Source: Amoebophrya sp. A120
Lineage: Eukaryota; Protista; Dinoflagellata
Direction: 5' to 3'
Assembly (NCBI GenBank): GCA_905178155.1
Contig: CAJINV010000009.1
Span: 558,001-622,000 of the forward strand
Length of the DNA: 64,000 nt
A program made the translations under genes and the position numbers. The notes beneath the pieces were generated by a model. That model was not told the origin of the DNA. It saw nothing but the letters and a program-made list of their open reading frames with translations, and searched no databases. Position 1 is the first letter of the stretch. Each line of letters begins with the position of its first letter. Of this stretch, positions 38,498 to 52,388 are shown in pieces.

Positions 38498-41400
38498 GTT
38501 GACCGCGCTTCCGACGACGGCGAGTATCACACTGTGCCGATCCGGCACTGCGATTTTGCGGATAACGAGGAGTATGAAACTTTTGTCTACCTTGAGCAGG
38601 GCATCAACGGCACCGAGTCGGTCGGGTTGACGGCTTTGCACCGGCAGGTGCTGCAGGATGTGCAAATTGCCGTGAAAGAGGCCAGCAGCGACTTCGTCGA
38701 CTTCCCCACGGTGTTGCCGAGAACGGAGATCGACGAAGTCACGGGGTTTACCGTCATCGACCCCGCTTTGGGCGAAAATGGCCTGCCAACGACGCAAAAG
38801 ATGGAATTTTCCGAGGGCTTCAGAATCCAATTCCGGGCTTCCAATCCAGGGCGTGTGTGGGCGTCGGTGATTTTGAAAAAGGATCTCGACAAAGTGTATG
38901 ACGAGTCGATCCAGCAGAAGTTCGGCTTCTTGCACTGGAAGAGAAATTTGCTGCAACTGAGCCAGGGGGACAAGAGCTTCTGCCAGTACTTTGGCGAGTA
39001 CTTCCCGACGTTGCCGCCCTACGACCCAGCTGTTGTGGCGTTCGATTCTGGCTTTAACGAGACAAACTTCACGGATACTACTGATGTGAGTACTGATGGT
39101 GCGCCACCAGATGAAGATAACAGCACTACTACTGGCGTTCCCACGACGTCTACAACCACGACCACCACCATCACCGCGGTGCGCAGAGTCATCCATCAGT
39201 TCAGCAACGGAACAGTGGAACTCGGCTTTTCCAAGTGCGAACTGCTCGTCCGCTCCGAGTACTTTGTCGTTGTTTACATCGAGGACATTCAGGGACTGGC
39301 GGACGGGGTGATTGCGCCGCCCGTAAATTTGGAAGTGCCTTACTCCAATCTCTTCGTCAACGCGGACGACGATAGCTTCGCGACGCGAGCGCAGGTGCTG
39401 GTGCTGGATTCAACGGTCGACTTCGACACGGCGGGTGCAGCAGCAGCAGCAGCAAGAGCTTCCACCTCCGGCGTTGAACAAGATTCCTTCCAGTTGAAAG
39501 CAGAGATTACGAATGAGTATTTCGCAACTGAGCAGGAACAAATCATCGCTCGTACTCCGAAACCGACGGTCGACATCGACGAGGATGTTCTGGTCCTTCT
39601 CTCCGGCACTGCCCGCTCTCCGCGGCTGGAATTTCTGTCCACGCCCAACGCCCTGGACGTCTCGGTGCGGTACCGACTGCTCCGCCCCAACGGAAACCTC
39701 TTTGCCCGCGTCTCCGAGATCCCCTTTCTGCAGCAGAACGCGCTGCGAATCATTGAAGAAAACTACGCGACACAGGAGAACGCGGTTTTGTCGCTGAAGA
39801 ACCGAACGGCGGACGAAACCTGCCCGGGGGTCTTGTACCGGCACGACCACAGTTTGGCTCCGAGTGGGTCGGTGGTGACAAGCGGTAGTGCGGCTGTTGT
39901 TGTGAACAGTACCAGCAACGCGACATCTTCCGCAGCCAATGTGTCCGCGCAGCTCGCCGGCATGGATTCCGACAATTCCGAGGATGTGAACGTGACGGTG
40001 GTCGATCCTACGACAGTTGTCACCACTTCCACCCCGATGCCGTTTCAGAACACCTACTTCAGCCTGCAGTTTCCCTACTGTCCCGGGCTCAACGCGTCCG
40101 ACACGGGGGCGAATTCGGCCGGGTTAGTGTACCTTTTGGAGGTGTACGCAGAGGAGGAGCAGCAGTCCGCGATCGTGGTCCAGGGGGAAACCTTTCTGGA
40201 CGACTTTGCGTACAAGGCGAGCATCTTGGATGAGCAAGCACTGTATCACTCCCAACCAGAGTTGACGATGAACGGGAAAAACATCTCCAACGCGTTGCTC
40301 CTCGCTGACAACTACACCGAGGGCGTGAACGTCGAGCAAATGACCAACAAGCCTGTGCTGAACACGGGACAATTGGAGCGGGTTCTCTTCACGCCGAAGC
40401 AGGTCGGCGCGTTCACCCAGGCGCCGTTTATCTTCGTGGAGGAGATCACGGTGAACGGTATCCGGTTTGAGTTCACCACGCGAAGGGACGGCATGCTCAC
40501 TGCGGGGCTCGTGAAGCAGACGGAGTTTTCGCTGTACCTGGAAACCTTGAACGCCACCGCGTACTTCCAGGGCGCGAAAAAGGACTGCCAGCGGCACTTG
40601 TCCAAGGTGATCGCGGACGTGAAGAACATTCAGTATTTTTACAACTGTAAGCTGGAAATGGGCAGTGAGTACTTGCTGGTCGTGTTGATCACGGAGACAA
40701 ACGACGAGGTCGGGTTGCTCCCAGATTTGGACAACTACTACAAGGTGATGACGTCGAATTTGACTTCTCCCCTGCAACGAACCACGATGAGCGACAACCG
40801 GCTGCTGTGGTTCGATTTTATTCGGGAGAAGTATGGATCCGGGGACATGCGCCAGCTATCCAAGATGAAAGACGCGACCGGCGTTGAGAAATTGTGGATT
40901 GACAGTCTGGGCTCTGCTTTGGCGCTCGCTACCGCAGTGCCGCAGCCTGCATCCGATATGGCAGCTGCGAGCGCGATTACTTCTGCGCAGCAGACTCTAC
41001 AACCGGCGCCACAGGACATGCAGGACCTGTTCGCCAGAACGAATCCCGAGTACGGCGAAGTGGAAGCGACTTCCTACCTGAAACGCCGCTACCACCCCTG
41101 GATTCTGGAAAAGGCGACAGAGGGCACGTGGAACTACGCCCCGTTCGTCGTGCAGAAGCGCCCCAGTTTGGAGTTCGCCGTCGACCCGTCCGTCGCCAGC
41201 AAGGACGCGGTAAGGTCCGGAACTCTCCCCGTGTCCTTTCAGCTGACACTCCCCTCCGCGCTGGACGGAACCAAAGTGGATCTGTTCGCTGGCGGGCTCG
41301 GTTTCGTCTGGGTCTACGTGTTCGACTACTTGGACAATTCCATTTTCGACATCATCAACAACATCATGGCAACTTTACCCGAAAGCGCGGACGACGGGCT

Positions 41401-42450
41401 GAGCTCGAACGATACGAATGACACGACCAGTAGTGGCGGTAGCACGTCCTCTCGTTTGCTGCAAGAAGCTGCAACTTCTTGGACCGACACAGTCCGTTGC
41501 TTCGTCCAGAAGCTTCCCGTCGACAACTACACCATGATTGTGAACCTGCCCAACTGCACGCTGCTCGCAAACGCCTCCTACGACGTCTATTTTTACGCCG
41601 CGAAGTCCGAGCAAGAGGCCGGCTCGCTGTTTGTCCGGACTTTTGGGGTGTCGCCCAGTAACGAGTTCGTCGCCTACCCGCTGGTAGACACGACAAAAGG
41701 GACGGGGCAATTAGGGATCTCTATTAAGTTGAAGCAGGCCGGATACGTTTGGGCAGGTTTGTTCCACTGCGTCGCGGATTTGACGTGCAACGTCGATGCC
41801 TTGACAAACCCGATTTCCCTGAAAGCGATTTTGGATGGGACGATCGCGAGTCCGAACTTGATCGTGGGCGGCAGCACCTGCGCGCTGAACGGAAAGCTCA
41901 TCGGCACTTTGTCAGGAACAGCTACTAGTAGCAACAGCAGCGCAAGTAGTACCTCTGTTGTTGCTCTCGCGAATCAGCACGAGTCGGAGGAAGTCACCTT
42001 GGTCTGTAAGGGGTTGGAGGCGGCGACAACGTACGCGATCGTCGCATATGCGGAAAACGCCATGAATTTCGACGATGGAAAGTCGTTCGGCCCGGTGGAC
42101 GTGATTTTCCCCGAGACGGCGAACTTCCTGGTTGAGTTCCCAGACTTTGCGCACGAGCTGGACAGCGACCCGTTTGATCATGACTTGTCGACTGTGGGCG
42201 ATTTAGGGGTTCTGTTCCGCGATCAGTTTTCTTTCCAGTACGACGGAAACCACTCAGACGCGCGAGTGTTGTTCTGGGCCGAGTCGAGCACGGGGAACCA
42301 GGACAAGGTAAACATTCAGAATTACCTGCAAGATGGCGCATTTGACACAAACGACACGAATGTGTTTTGTTTGTTCGATCGGCAGCTGGAGTCGCTTATG
42401 GAAGGAGAAGAAGGAAGCGTCAGACGGATCGCTTGTTGGCTCGATGATCT
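38498..42450 (+). CDS. Exon 9 of giant protein (repeat array); 3' end uncertain (donor 42390 or 42451)
   Basis: ORF 38534..42454 extended upstream to the introner; gtaagc at 42451. Confidence 0.85.
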
Positions 42451-42796
42451 GTAAGCAAGATGATGGTTGATATATAGCACCGTCGTGCGTAATCTTAAGC
42501 ACGAGGATACTACGTGCATGATTTGTATCGGCCACAGTACCGTCGGGGGTAAGATTACTCAGCACGGTGTGAGGATTTCAAACTTTTTGTGTGCATGAGA
42601 GCGTCGCGAATAACGATATGCGCGATGGTGTGTTTCGCAATAAAAGACACACTTCACCGAGCCGTGCAGTACACCGCTGTGCAGGAGCATGCTTTCAGTT
42701 ACACTTTCATATGAACTTTGCTGAAGCAAGTATGATCCTCGTGATGTATATCTAATTTTTCCTTTTTGCAGCACCAGAATACGCCAGCTTCTGAAG

Positions 42797-42973
42797 GCGC
42801 TTTCGTCTCCTTTCACTTTTCATACTTTCCTACAAGTTCTACCAGTCGAACAACATTATTTCGACCCAAGACTTCAACGTCACAGAAAACCGGTCCAACT
42901 ACACGAACTTCACCGACGAAAATGGTACGATCGAAACACAAGAGACGATCAACCAATTCAGCTACAGTTACAC
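42797..42973 (+). CDS. Exon 10 (5' end uncertain, 42797-42837)
   Basis: Coding-like frame ...FYQSNNIISTQDFNVTENRSNYTNFTDENG...YSYT joins exon 11 in frame. Confidence 0.6.
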
Positions 42974-42974
42974 G

Positions 42975-43157
42975 TATGCAACAGAAAGTGCCATTTCCCG
43001 TACATGGACAATAAACTGCGTTACACAAAACTTTTTCAACTTACTACTCGTGCTGAGTGGGTGTGAGATTCTTGATGAAGTTGAAGAAAAGTTTGTCATG
43101 TTGAAAGTGAAACTGCATATTCAAGTGAAGTGCTGTACGGGAAATTTCCAGTGGATA
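42975..43157. mobile_element. Introner/MITE-like intron, TIR family D
   Basis: TATGCAACAGAAAG..ATTTCCCGTACA...TGTACGGGAAATTTCCAGTGGATA; TSD ACACG/AGACT. Confidence 0.8.
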
Positions 43158-43158
43158 A

Positions 43159-46122
43159 GACTGTGACGAATATCACAAACCCAATCAACTTGACCGCGTA
43201 CCTGGAGGCGAATCGAAGGAACGTCACGCTGTCTTGCGGCCCAAATGTGTTCAAGTTCTGCGAAACCTACACCGCGGTCCTCTACGTGGACGCGGGTCGC
43301 GCGAACTACTGGGATGGGAGACTGTTTAAAAGAACCTTCACGCTCCCCTGCAGCAACGAATTCCTGCCGCCGGGCAGTAGTGCAGCAGCGACCACGATGA
43401 CGACGGCGGGACAGGTATCCGGTAGCTCCTCTGGCGGGACGGAACAGTTCTTGCAAATCGACCTATTGACGCAGGAAGGCGCGAGCGTGAAGTTCAAACC
43501 GGTGAGAGACGGAAAAATCTGGATCGCGGTGGTGGACCCCTTGATAGAAAATTCCGGGGTGTTTTCGACCGGGAAGGAGCTGATTCAGTTTATCAACAGC
43601 AGGAACAGCAGCGCTGGACTGTCTAACACTGCCTTCGCCGGGACAAACGGGACGCTGTTTCATCCGAAGTGCGCGCTGCAGGCCGATTGGGTTCTGGGTG
43701 GGAGTGGCTCAGCATCAGGTAGTTCAGCATCTGACGACGATAACTCTACGAACGACACCAGTACAACCACGAGCAGCAGCGGAGCTGCAGTGCCGGACGA
43801 CATGACGTCGTTGCTTCCCTTTGACGTCACGGGCTCCGAGCTGACTGGCGTCAACTTGACCAAGTGCAGCTTCCGCGCGGACCAGCCGTACACGATTTAC
43901 GCCTATGTCGCGGACACGAATGGGCTGGAGATCGACGGCACGCTGATCGCGCAGAACATCACCGTGCCCAGCTCTAACTCCTTCACCGCTGGCCCGTCTC
44001 TGGTCCGCATGGCCCCGATCAACGAGCAGAACAGCGTGCTCAAGACCATGCTGAACATTTCCGTCACGCCGGAGCGGTCTGGATTTATCTGGGCTGTGGT
44101 CTTGCCAGAAACGTCGTTGCCGACCAGCTCCCACTCCGGGTTTGATTTGGATACCGAGAACACAAGTCAACCACTGTTGTACACGACCGCGGTTGGCGGG
44201 AGTGCGGAAGCGGTGTCCTACGTCAACTACGAGGACGCGTTGTACTGGAACATTAAACAGCTAGCGGCCGACAGTTCAAAAGGCGTGAAAGCGGACAACT
44301 CCGTGGGCACTGCTCCGTCTGTCTTCTCTTTCCCGCCGGTAATTGCAAATTGCTCCATCGCGGCCGTTCCGGTGGAAGTGTCGATTGAGCTGTTCTTCAC
44401 GATGAACTGCCCCTTGATCCCTGAAAAGATGTACAGGATGTACGTGTACATCGAGGGAGTAGCAACCACCACTGACGGCTACAGCACCTACAAAAGGGGG
44501 CTGCTGTCCGACAAGATTGAGCTCGCGCAGCACTACAGAGAAAGAGTTTCCAACGCGTTTGAGCTGTTCCCGCGTTTGCTCGACGCGAGCACGCAGGACC
44601 GGATCTTCTTCGAGATGCGCCCCCTGATCGACTCCTTCGCCTGGGTCAAGGTTCTGCGGTACGAGACCGCGGTGCAGAGTGGCGTGATCTCCAAGGCGTT
44701 AGATATCGGGAAGAACTTCACGCGGTACAGCTCTCTGGACATCCTGACCATTGACGACATCAAGGCCGGCGTCGCGACGAGCTTGTGCGAGCTGAAAAAA
44801 CTGCCGTGGGCGACAAGCCTCTCTTCCTGGACGCTGACGAACTGCAATTTGCTGATGGGGGAGCGGTACGTGCTGTTCGTGTACGTGGAAAGCTTATCCG
44901 GCATGTCGTTACCGACCATCACGAGTGGCACTTTGACAAATGCAACCGCAAGCAGTGCTTCCGACGACGGCAGCAAGAGCAACGACACCAACAGCACGAC
45001 TGACGACGACAACTCGACGGGGAGATTGCTCAGTGACATACTGCTTCAGGCGGACCAACAACCTCACAAGGTGGAGCCCACGTACGAATACGTGGAGTTC
45101 ATTGGGCCTCTGACGCGCAAACAGGCGCGCGGCCTAGAGCCGATTCCAGAGCGGGTTCGTCGCGTCGTGCCGTCGTCGCTTCGGGAATACGTAGACCCTA
45201 GTACCCCAGCTGTTGCTGCGTCTGCAGGTCCCGCTATGTTCGACAAAGACTTCCAGGATAACTTCTACGGCCAGCGGCGACAGCTCAGTAGTGCAACTCC
45301 AGTCGCGGGTCTGATGGGTCCGGCCATCATGTTCCGACCTACGTTTTCTAACAGCTTCAAGACCAAACCCTACCTCCCGCCCAACTTGCAAACCACCGCA
45401 AACAGCATTTTCGTCACGTTCCAAGCCTCCGAACCGACGGGCCGCGCGTGGATCACGGTGGTGGACCCGCTCCTCGGGCCGGGTGGCTCTAGTCTCCGTA
45501 AGGGGAATGCTGCGAGTTACCAGTTCGACGAGGCCGCGCAGTCTCTGTCCACGCCGGTGACCACAGCGGTAACTTCGCTCTTCCCTCCAGACCACACGCT
45601 GGACGATTTGCTGCAAGCCACCCCGCACAGCTGCTTGATCTCCAACCTCGCGATTGACGATTCCCTGCAGACAGTGGAGTTGAAGGATTGCCAGCTTCTC
45701 GCGGGCCAGAGCTACGAGGTGAAAGTTTACATCCAGGATAGTATGAAAGGCGTCTTCGACGGCATCATGTCGGAATCGCTGGAGGTGAACGTTCCCTACA
45801 GCAATCGGGTCCAGAACATCTTCCTCCAGTACCCCCTACCAGCGACGACACCGAACGCGGATGGCTTAAGCCTTACCTTCGTGCCTTCCTCCAGAGCGGG
45901 GGTCGCGATCGTGAACATCCAGCCGAAGGAGAACGCACGGACAGCCACAGTGGAAACGGTCCGCGCTTTTGCCGGGGCTCTCGGCGATCCCGTGACATGT
46001 CGGAAGACGAACGAGCCACTGCTTCAAGCGGGCGTGACTCTGAACGACACAACGACGCCGGTTTTGTTCTCGCTGTCCAACTGCCAACTGGAGTCGTACC
46101 AGGAGTACGCTGCCATGGTGAT
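43159..46122 (+). CDS. Exon 11 of giant protein (repeat array)
   Basis: ORF 43130..46177. Confidence 0.88.
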
Positions 46123-46123
46123 G

Positions 46124-46432
46124 TATGGATGTGTCAGGTTTGAAATCGTCAAAGTTGAAATAGTTTGCCATACATAAAACGGATACCAGTTAGACCTACA
46201 GTTTGTATTCGGCGCATGACAAATTTTCCCGGTCCTGGAAGCGAGTCTGTCATGCGGTTTAGGGCAAAAGAGCTGCCTTCTGTCATGCTAGTCAGAAGTC
46301 CAATTCTTGACCCTTACCAGGACTATAATCTGCCTCCCGTGCGTCCTCTGCAATAGAGCCACTTTTTGTAGTCGCATTTTATGCATGACAAATCATCTCA
46401 ACTTTGACGATTTCAATCCTGACACTCCCATA
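46124..46432. mobile_element. Introner/MITE-like intron, TIR family E
   Basis: ~44-bp imperfect TIR TATGGATGTGTCAGGTTTGAAATCGTCAAAGTTGA; perfect TSD TGATG. Confidence 0.92.
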
Positions 46433-46433
46433 T

Positions 46434-48752
46434 GATGCTGATCGGGGCGGACGGAATGATCGAGGGCGCGGTCTTGTCTTCTCCGCTGTACTTCAAAGTC
46501 AACCCCTCGAATGTGTTCATTGGCGCACCGGTCATGTCTTCGACGCCCACCCGAGACACGGTGAAAGTCACTTTCGAGTCGCAAAACGCGGGCGCGACCT
46601 TCATTTACGTGGTGCAGCAGGCCGTCGCGATCTCGATCGCCGACAGCAAGGCCTTGATCGCCGCCCAGGGCCCGCCGAGCTGCCAGCTGCAGGAGGTCGC
46701 GATTGTGAAGGGGGGAAACACGTTTGAGATGACAAGTTGCACCCTTGCGTCAGGCAGTAAGTACAAAGTCGTCGTGTACATCGAAACGAGCTACGCGACG
46801 ACCTTACAAACCATCAATGGCGTGCAGAGGTCCGCGAACGACGGGACGTTGACGTTTGTGAATTTCGAGCTCGATTTCGCAGCGTCGAATACGTTTCTGC
46901 TCTACCCAAAACTAACTTCAGTCCCGACCTATCGGGGGGTCGAGTTCCAATTTTCCGCGGAGTTCACCGGGTACTACTGGGCGCACTTCTCGAAGACGCT
47001 TTCCTGTCTCTCCGGGGCCGAGATCACGCAGGGGGCCTACCAACAGAAAAACGCGATCCAGCGGATTCCGCGAGTGCAGACCATCGAGCAGTTCTTGGCG
47101 AACAGTCAGAATCCCAATGTGACGATGACGTCGATCACGGTGGATGGCTGCATCAAGACGGCAGTCCCGGTTACGACCCCTGGTCTGATCACCGCGAAAA
47201 TGACCGATTGTGCGTTCAGCTTTAACGTCACGTACCATTTGGTGGTTTATCTCTCTGGCCAGTCGCAATCCGACGGCGTGGCGGCGCCGCTGCCGATCGA
47301 GATCGTCGTGCCGCCGAAGTCGAATGTGTTCTTGCAAGAGCCGGAATTCTTGCAAACCTTGTCAATGTGCTGCGTCGGTATTCAGTTTCAAGGTTCCCAG
47401 CCTTCTGGGCGCGCGTGGGTGAATGTGGTGCTGAACGACAAAATTCCCTACATCAACGTCAACACGATGAAAGGCTTACCGAACACCTTCGCCGGCGCGG
47501 AGCTCACGATGGCAGCCATGCAGGTCGGCAACCCGACACAGTGCAGTTGGAGCGGCCGGGCGATCGATGATTCGGTGCAAAACGTCCGACTGGAGGGGTG
47601 CAACTTCGCCGAGAACGGCATCTACGCCATCTTCATCTACATCGAAGATCTCGACGGCAGAGGGGACGGGTCCTTCTTCGGCCCCATGGTGCAGCGCGCG
47701 CCGCGCTTTCCGGTGGTCTCCAACGAGTTCCAAGTGTGGCCCCACTTGCTGACCGAGTCGACCAGTGGGCCTGGCGGGCAGACGATCCGATTCACGCCGC
47801 TGTACGACGGACTCTACTACGTCTTGATTGTTCACATGGACGACAAGCACCGCGTCTCCGTTAACACCTTCAAAAACGCCATGGTGGACTACGAGTATCC
47901 CGATGCGGACCTGTTTCCGAACTCCGAAACCACGTGCCGCGCGAACCGCATTCCCTGTGTGGGCGGACAGCAAATCACGTTCCAGATGGAGCTGTGCCGC
48001 CTGCGCATGGGTTTTGACGCCCAGATCTACTACCTCTACGTCTTCGTCGAGGGACCGCCCTTAGGGGATTACGGCGCACTGCCGGGCACTCTGTCCTGGC
48101 CGATCAAGCTGGTCGAGGAAAACATGCAGGTCACCTGGGCGGGCGACGGCGCGCCGATCGCGTACGGCACGCCGACAACCCGCGGGTTTCAGTTCTCGCT
48201 CCGGCCACAGATCGTCTATTCCCAAACCGCATTCCGGAACGGCCGGACCCCGACACCGACCCAGGGAGTGGGGTTGTGGGCGGCGATCTTCCCGTCGACA
48301 ATTCTGTCGGACCTGCAAATCGAGTACGACATCATTCTGCCGGATTTCACCATGCCGCGCGCCGTGAACTTCTCTGCTACTTCGGGCTGCGGGTACTGGG
48401 AGCACCCCATCACCGCGTTCGACGTGCGGTCGCATTTCGAATTCAAGAACTGCTACCTGCCCCCGGGGCAGCTGTACACCGCAGTCTACTTCGTGGCGCC
48501 CATTGGGCAACTCGCGGACAACTACAAGGGGGCGCTCGCGGTGACGAAGATCTCCCCCGTGGTGAGGGAAAGAAGCAACGCCTTCTACGTCGCTCCGTAT
48601 GTGTACTTCGTGAACGCCACGCAGCTGATTCTCCGCTTGAAAGCCGAGCACTCCGGCTACGCGTGGGGTGCGGTGGTCGAGATGTCGGCGCTGAACGACA
48701 CGACGCAGAAGGTCGTCCGCGACCGGCCCTACAGCTACGCGATTGGCGGCAC
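46434..48752 (+). CDS. Exon 12 of giant protein (repeat array)
   Basis: ORF 46432..48807. Confidence 0.88.
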
Positions 48753-48753
48753 G

Positions 48754-49050
48754 TATGGATGTGTCAGAGTTGAAATCGACAAAGTTGAAATAATTTGCCA
48801 TGCATAAAATGGAACCCAGTTTCCAAGTGGCGCATGACAAATTTCGGTGGTCCCTAAATCCAGTTTGTCATGCTGTTTAGGCAAAGAAGAGCGATTTTCT
48901 CATGCTACTTTAGGAGCTCGATCTGTAATCCCAAACAGGCTGACAATCGGCCTCACTTGCCTGCTCTGCAACACACGTGCCTCGGGTCATGCATTTTATG
49001 CATTTACAAATTATTTCAACTTTGACGATTTCAAACCTGACACTTCCATA
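48754..49050. mobile_element. Introner/MITE-like intron, TIR family E
   Basis: Same TIR as 46124; perfect TSD GCACG; GT-AG intron 48753-49051. Confidence 0.92.
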
Positions 49051-49051
49051 G

Positions 49052-49171
49052 CACGTGCTTCTTCGAGGGTCCGATCATCGGACAGGACAACAGTGATCAG
49101 CACAGCTCCTGGACTTTGAACGACAAGTGCCCGATCCAATCCGGCGTCAGCTACTTGTACTTTGCGTACGT
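49052..49171 (+). CDS. Exon 13 (TCFFEGPIIG...KCPIQSGVSYLYFAYV)
   Basis: Supplies both Cys and the terminal Tyr strand of a repeat unit; in frame on both sides. Confidence 0.8.
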
Positions 49172-49172
49172 G

Positions 49173-49435
49173 TATCAAATGTAAAAATGTCTGGGTCTGG
49201 AACATTCTAAACTTGTGATGCTGTCTCTGGATTCTGAAAAAATTTGTATTGCATGACCAGCAAGAGGACTCCAGTTTGTGCTATGCGGAGAGGTCATTTC
49301 TCATGCTGTAGAGGCATCACAAAGCGCTCTAAAAATCTGTGATGCTACGGCATGCATCACAGACGTCATGGGTCATGGAAAATATGCATGACAAATCTAG
49401 AAATCTTCCAGACCCAGACATTTTTACATTTGATA
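49173..49435. mobile_element. Introner/MITE-like intron, TIR family B
   Basis: Perfect 30-bp TIR TATCAAATGTAAAAATGTCTGGGTCTGGAA; perfect TSD ACGTG. Confidence 0.93.
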
Positions 49436-49436
49436 A

Positions 49437-49931
49437 CGTGTCCGGTCCGAACTTGGACACTTACGGCCGCATGTCGCTCGGGCACGAATTCTCGCACAAG
49501 TTCAACACGGTGTTCATCCGCGTCGCCTGGTTCCAGGGCATCCACCACACGGGGGGTAGTCGGATTGACTACTACCGGGTGTACTTGAACGGCACCCTGG
49601 AACAGCAAACGCCGTATATCGAGGGGGTGTCGGAAACGGGTTATTTGGATGTGTTATGCATTCTCGGGCGGTTTTACGACGTTGCGGTCTCTCCGCGGAA
49701 CGCCATCGGCTGGTCCAATTACTTGTCCACCCCTGCCCGAATCCTGTGCGCGGAGCAACCGTCGTTGCCGCGCAACGTGCGGATCGCGGAGGATGCAGCC
49801 TTGCGAACGCCCACGACACTGCCTCTCCGCTGGGACGTGCCGCTGTTCGACGGCGGTACGCCGATCACAGGGTACCGGGTGTACAAGACTGTCGGCACAG
49901 ACGAGTCGCTTGTGTACGACGATAGCTTCAA
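49437..49931 (+). CDS. Exon 14 of giant protein (FN3)
   Basis: Part of ORF 49339..50301; WDVPLFDGGTPITGYRVY. Confidence 0.85.
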
Positions 49932-49932
49932 T

Positions 49933-50063
49933 TATCTCCCGAAAATTAACCATCCCCAGCCCCCAATTTTTCATTCGAGACATGAGGCAAAAGTAAAATC
50001 GGCAGCTTTTCTTCTTTGCCATGATGCAAAAAGTGGATGGGGATGGTTAATTTTCAGGGAATA
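49933..50063. mobile_element. Introner/MITE-like intron, family C-related
   Basis: TATCTCCCGAAAATTAACCATCCCCA...TGGGGATGGTTAATTTTCAGGGAATA; TSD TCAAT/CCAAT. Confidence 0.88.
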
Positions 50064-50064
50064 C

Positions 50065-52235
50065 CAATGCCTACGGCGACCGGTCTATCGACGCGATTGT
50101 CGTCCGCTACCGCGTGTCCGCTATGACGGACTTCGGGGAGTCTGGAAAAACCATCCCGCTCACTGTCGAGCTGACTGCAGTGCCGCGCGCGCCGGCACGC
50201 GTGAACATCACGAGAGGCGGTTTGTCTGCAGTGATCATGCGGTGGGAGATCCCGGAGGATGGAGGCAGTGGCGTGCTTGGCTACGAAGTGGTGAAGGATG
50301 AAAAAGTGGTGCTGTACCCGCCGCAAAACGCGTTCTTGATGGAGCCGTTCGTTACGGAGGTGACTTCCGAGACATTAGAGCTAGAATTCAAGATGAACAT
50401 GTCTGCCGGTTCGGTCTACGTGATGGCGCGGCCGCTGATCAACGAGTTTCCGCAGGCCCTCTCCCTGAAACTGGGCCCCGTGGAGACGCCCGACGAAATG
50501 CTCGCAATCTTTGACAACGTGACAACGACGTACATCCGGCCGAACCCGCTCGGTCCCGGGATTTTGCCGGACATTGTCGTCTCCGACCCGCCAGGGATCA
50601 AGAAAATGGCCTACACGCCAAACGCCGTCGGCACAGTGACCCACCCGAGAGAATCCGTCGCTTGCGTCTTCAACGAGACCTTGGTGGAGAACCACGAGAA
50701 GTACACGACCTCCAACGGAACGCTGACCGGCACAGCGTTGGAGCAGTTTGCGCAACAGGTCGAGTTCGATCCGGTGATCGTAAACATCAAGCTAGAAAAC
50801 TGCGACTTCGTCCCGGATATCGACTACGAGGTCTACATCCTCGTAACGGACGGGAAAAATTACAACCACGAGCAAACCAAGCGCTACCCGGTGTTCTCGC
50901 GGAATTTGGTTTTCACCGGGCCGCCGGCGCCCTTGTCCAACGAGTTCTTCTCGCTGCCGGAGTTGAAGCCGGGCTCGACCATCACCCGTGAGGGCACGAC
51001 GATCCGCTGGAAGATGCGGCAAAACGCGACCGCCTGGGTGGTCGTCGCGCCCGCGACCGAGTCTGTGCAGGTGCAAGGTGCGTACGAGATGAAGCAGTTC
51101 CTCGGGCACGCCGGGAAGGGCAGTGCTTGCTTCGGGGATAAGAAACCAAGCTTCCTGCAGCAGTCCTGGCTTTCGCCCGACGTGAACGGCACGAGCGCAC
51201 AGACGACGCAATGGAACCCGCCGACACCCACGACGAAGCCTAGCTTTGACACCTTGGCTTACGTGGAAGTCACTTTGACTGGGTGCGACTTCCAGATGGG
51301 CGTGGAGCACGTCGTGATGGTGTACATTGAGGACACCTACGCGTACAACAACCCCAACACGCCGAAGCTGAACACGCAAGGGCAATTTTACAAAATGACG
51401 AGAACCCTCGGCATCCCTGCGTTCATGAACAGCTTCGAAATAATGCCGGGTCTGACGAAAACCATTTCTCTCGACGACAGCAACAACGGCTTCGACATCG
51501 CCATCCACCCACGGCAGGCAGGCAAGCTCTGGGTGTGGATCATGCACCGGCACTACCCACGACTGCCGGCGCAAACGCCGACAAAGTTTCCCTTGCCGCT
51601 GATCAAGGGGATCCCGGAGGGCGAGGTCTCGCCGTTTCCGTTCCGGCAGGCAAACGGGCTGGCAAGCACGAATGCGCAGTGTCTGAAAATCAACGTTGAC
51701 GTCCCTGCAGGGGCGCAGCTGGTCCGGCTGGCGAACTGCGGGCTGCAGGGGAATTTGCTCTACTACCTGTATCTCTATCTAGAAACGCCAGAGCAGGCGG
51801 GGTCGACGCTTATGCGGGGCGAGCTGGTCGGCGGTCTTCCACTCATGCCAGCGGGGGTCGATCGTGTGAACTTCTTCACAAAATTGCCCACGATCGTCAC
51901 CTCTGGGGCGCAGGACATCACGTTCCAGCTAAACGTCAAGTTCACAGGCAAGCTGTGGGCCTACGTCCTCCCCGCGTTAGAAGCTCGCTACGTCGACGGG
52001 AACGCGATTCTGACACTTGGTTCCGCGGGCGCGGCGGACACCAGCCGCGCGGTCGGCGACGCGAACACGTGCCAGATCAAGGGGCAGACGGTTTCCGTCC
52101 CAGCCGGCGGCGTTCCGATCGAAATCAAGTGGACCAACTGCGGGCTTTTGTCCGGAATTGAGTACAGGATCGCCGCACTCATTTCCGACACTGCGGCCTT
52201 AACCCGGTCGGCGACCAGTAGCATTCTCTACGAGA
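50065..52235 (+). CDS. Exon 15 of giant protein
   Basis: ORF 50114..52294 extended upstream. Confidence 0.88.
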
Positions 52236-52236
52236 A

Positions 52237-52387
52237 TATGCAATACAAATTTCCCGTACATGTACAAAATGCATCACAAATTTCACCAATTTAGAGCGTA
52301 AAACTTGTCATGCTAAACTAGGATCGAAGCCAAGTTTTGTCATGCGGAGACCGCATTTGTACGTGTACGGGAAATTTACTGTGTATA
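52237..52387. mobile_element. Introner/MITE-like intron, TIR family D
   Basis: TATGCAATACAAATTTCCCGTACATGTACAAA...TTTGTACGTGTACGGGAAATTTACTGTGTATA; perfect TSD GAGAA. Confidence 0.9.
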
Positions 52388-52388
52388 G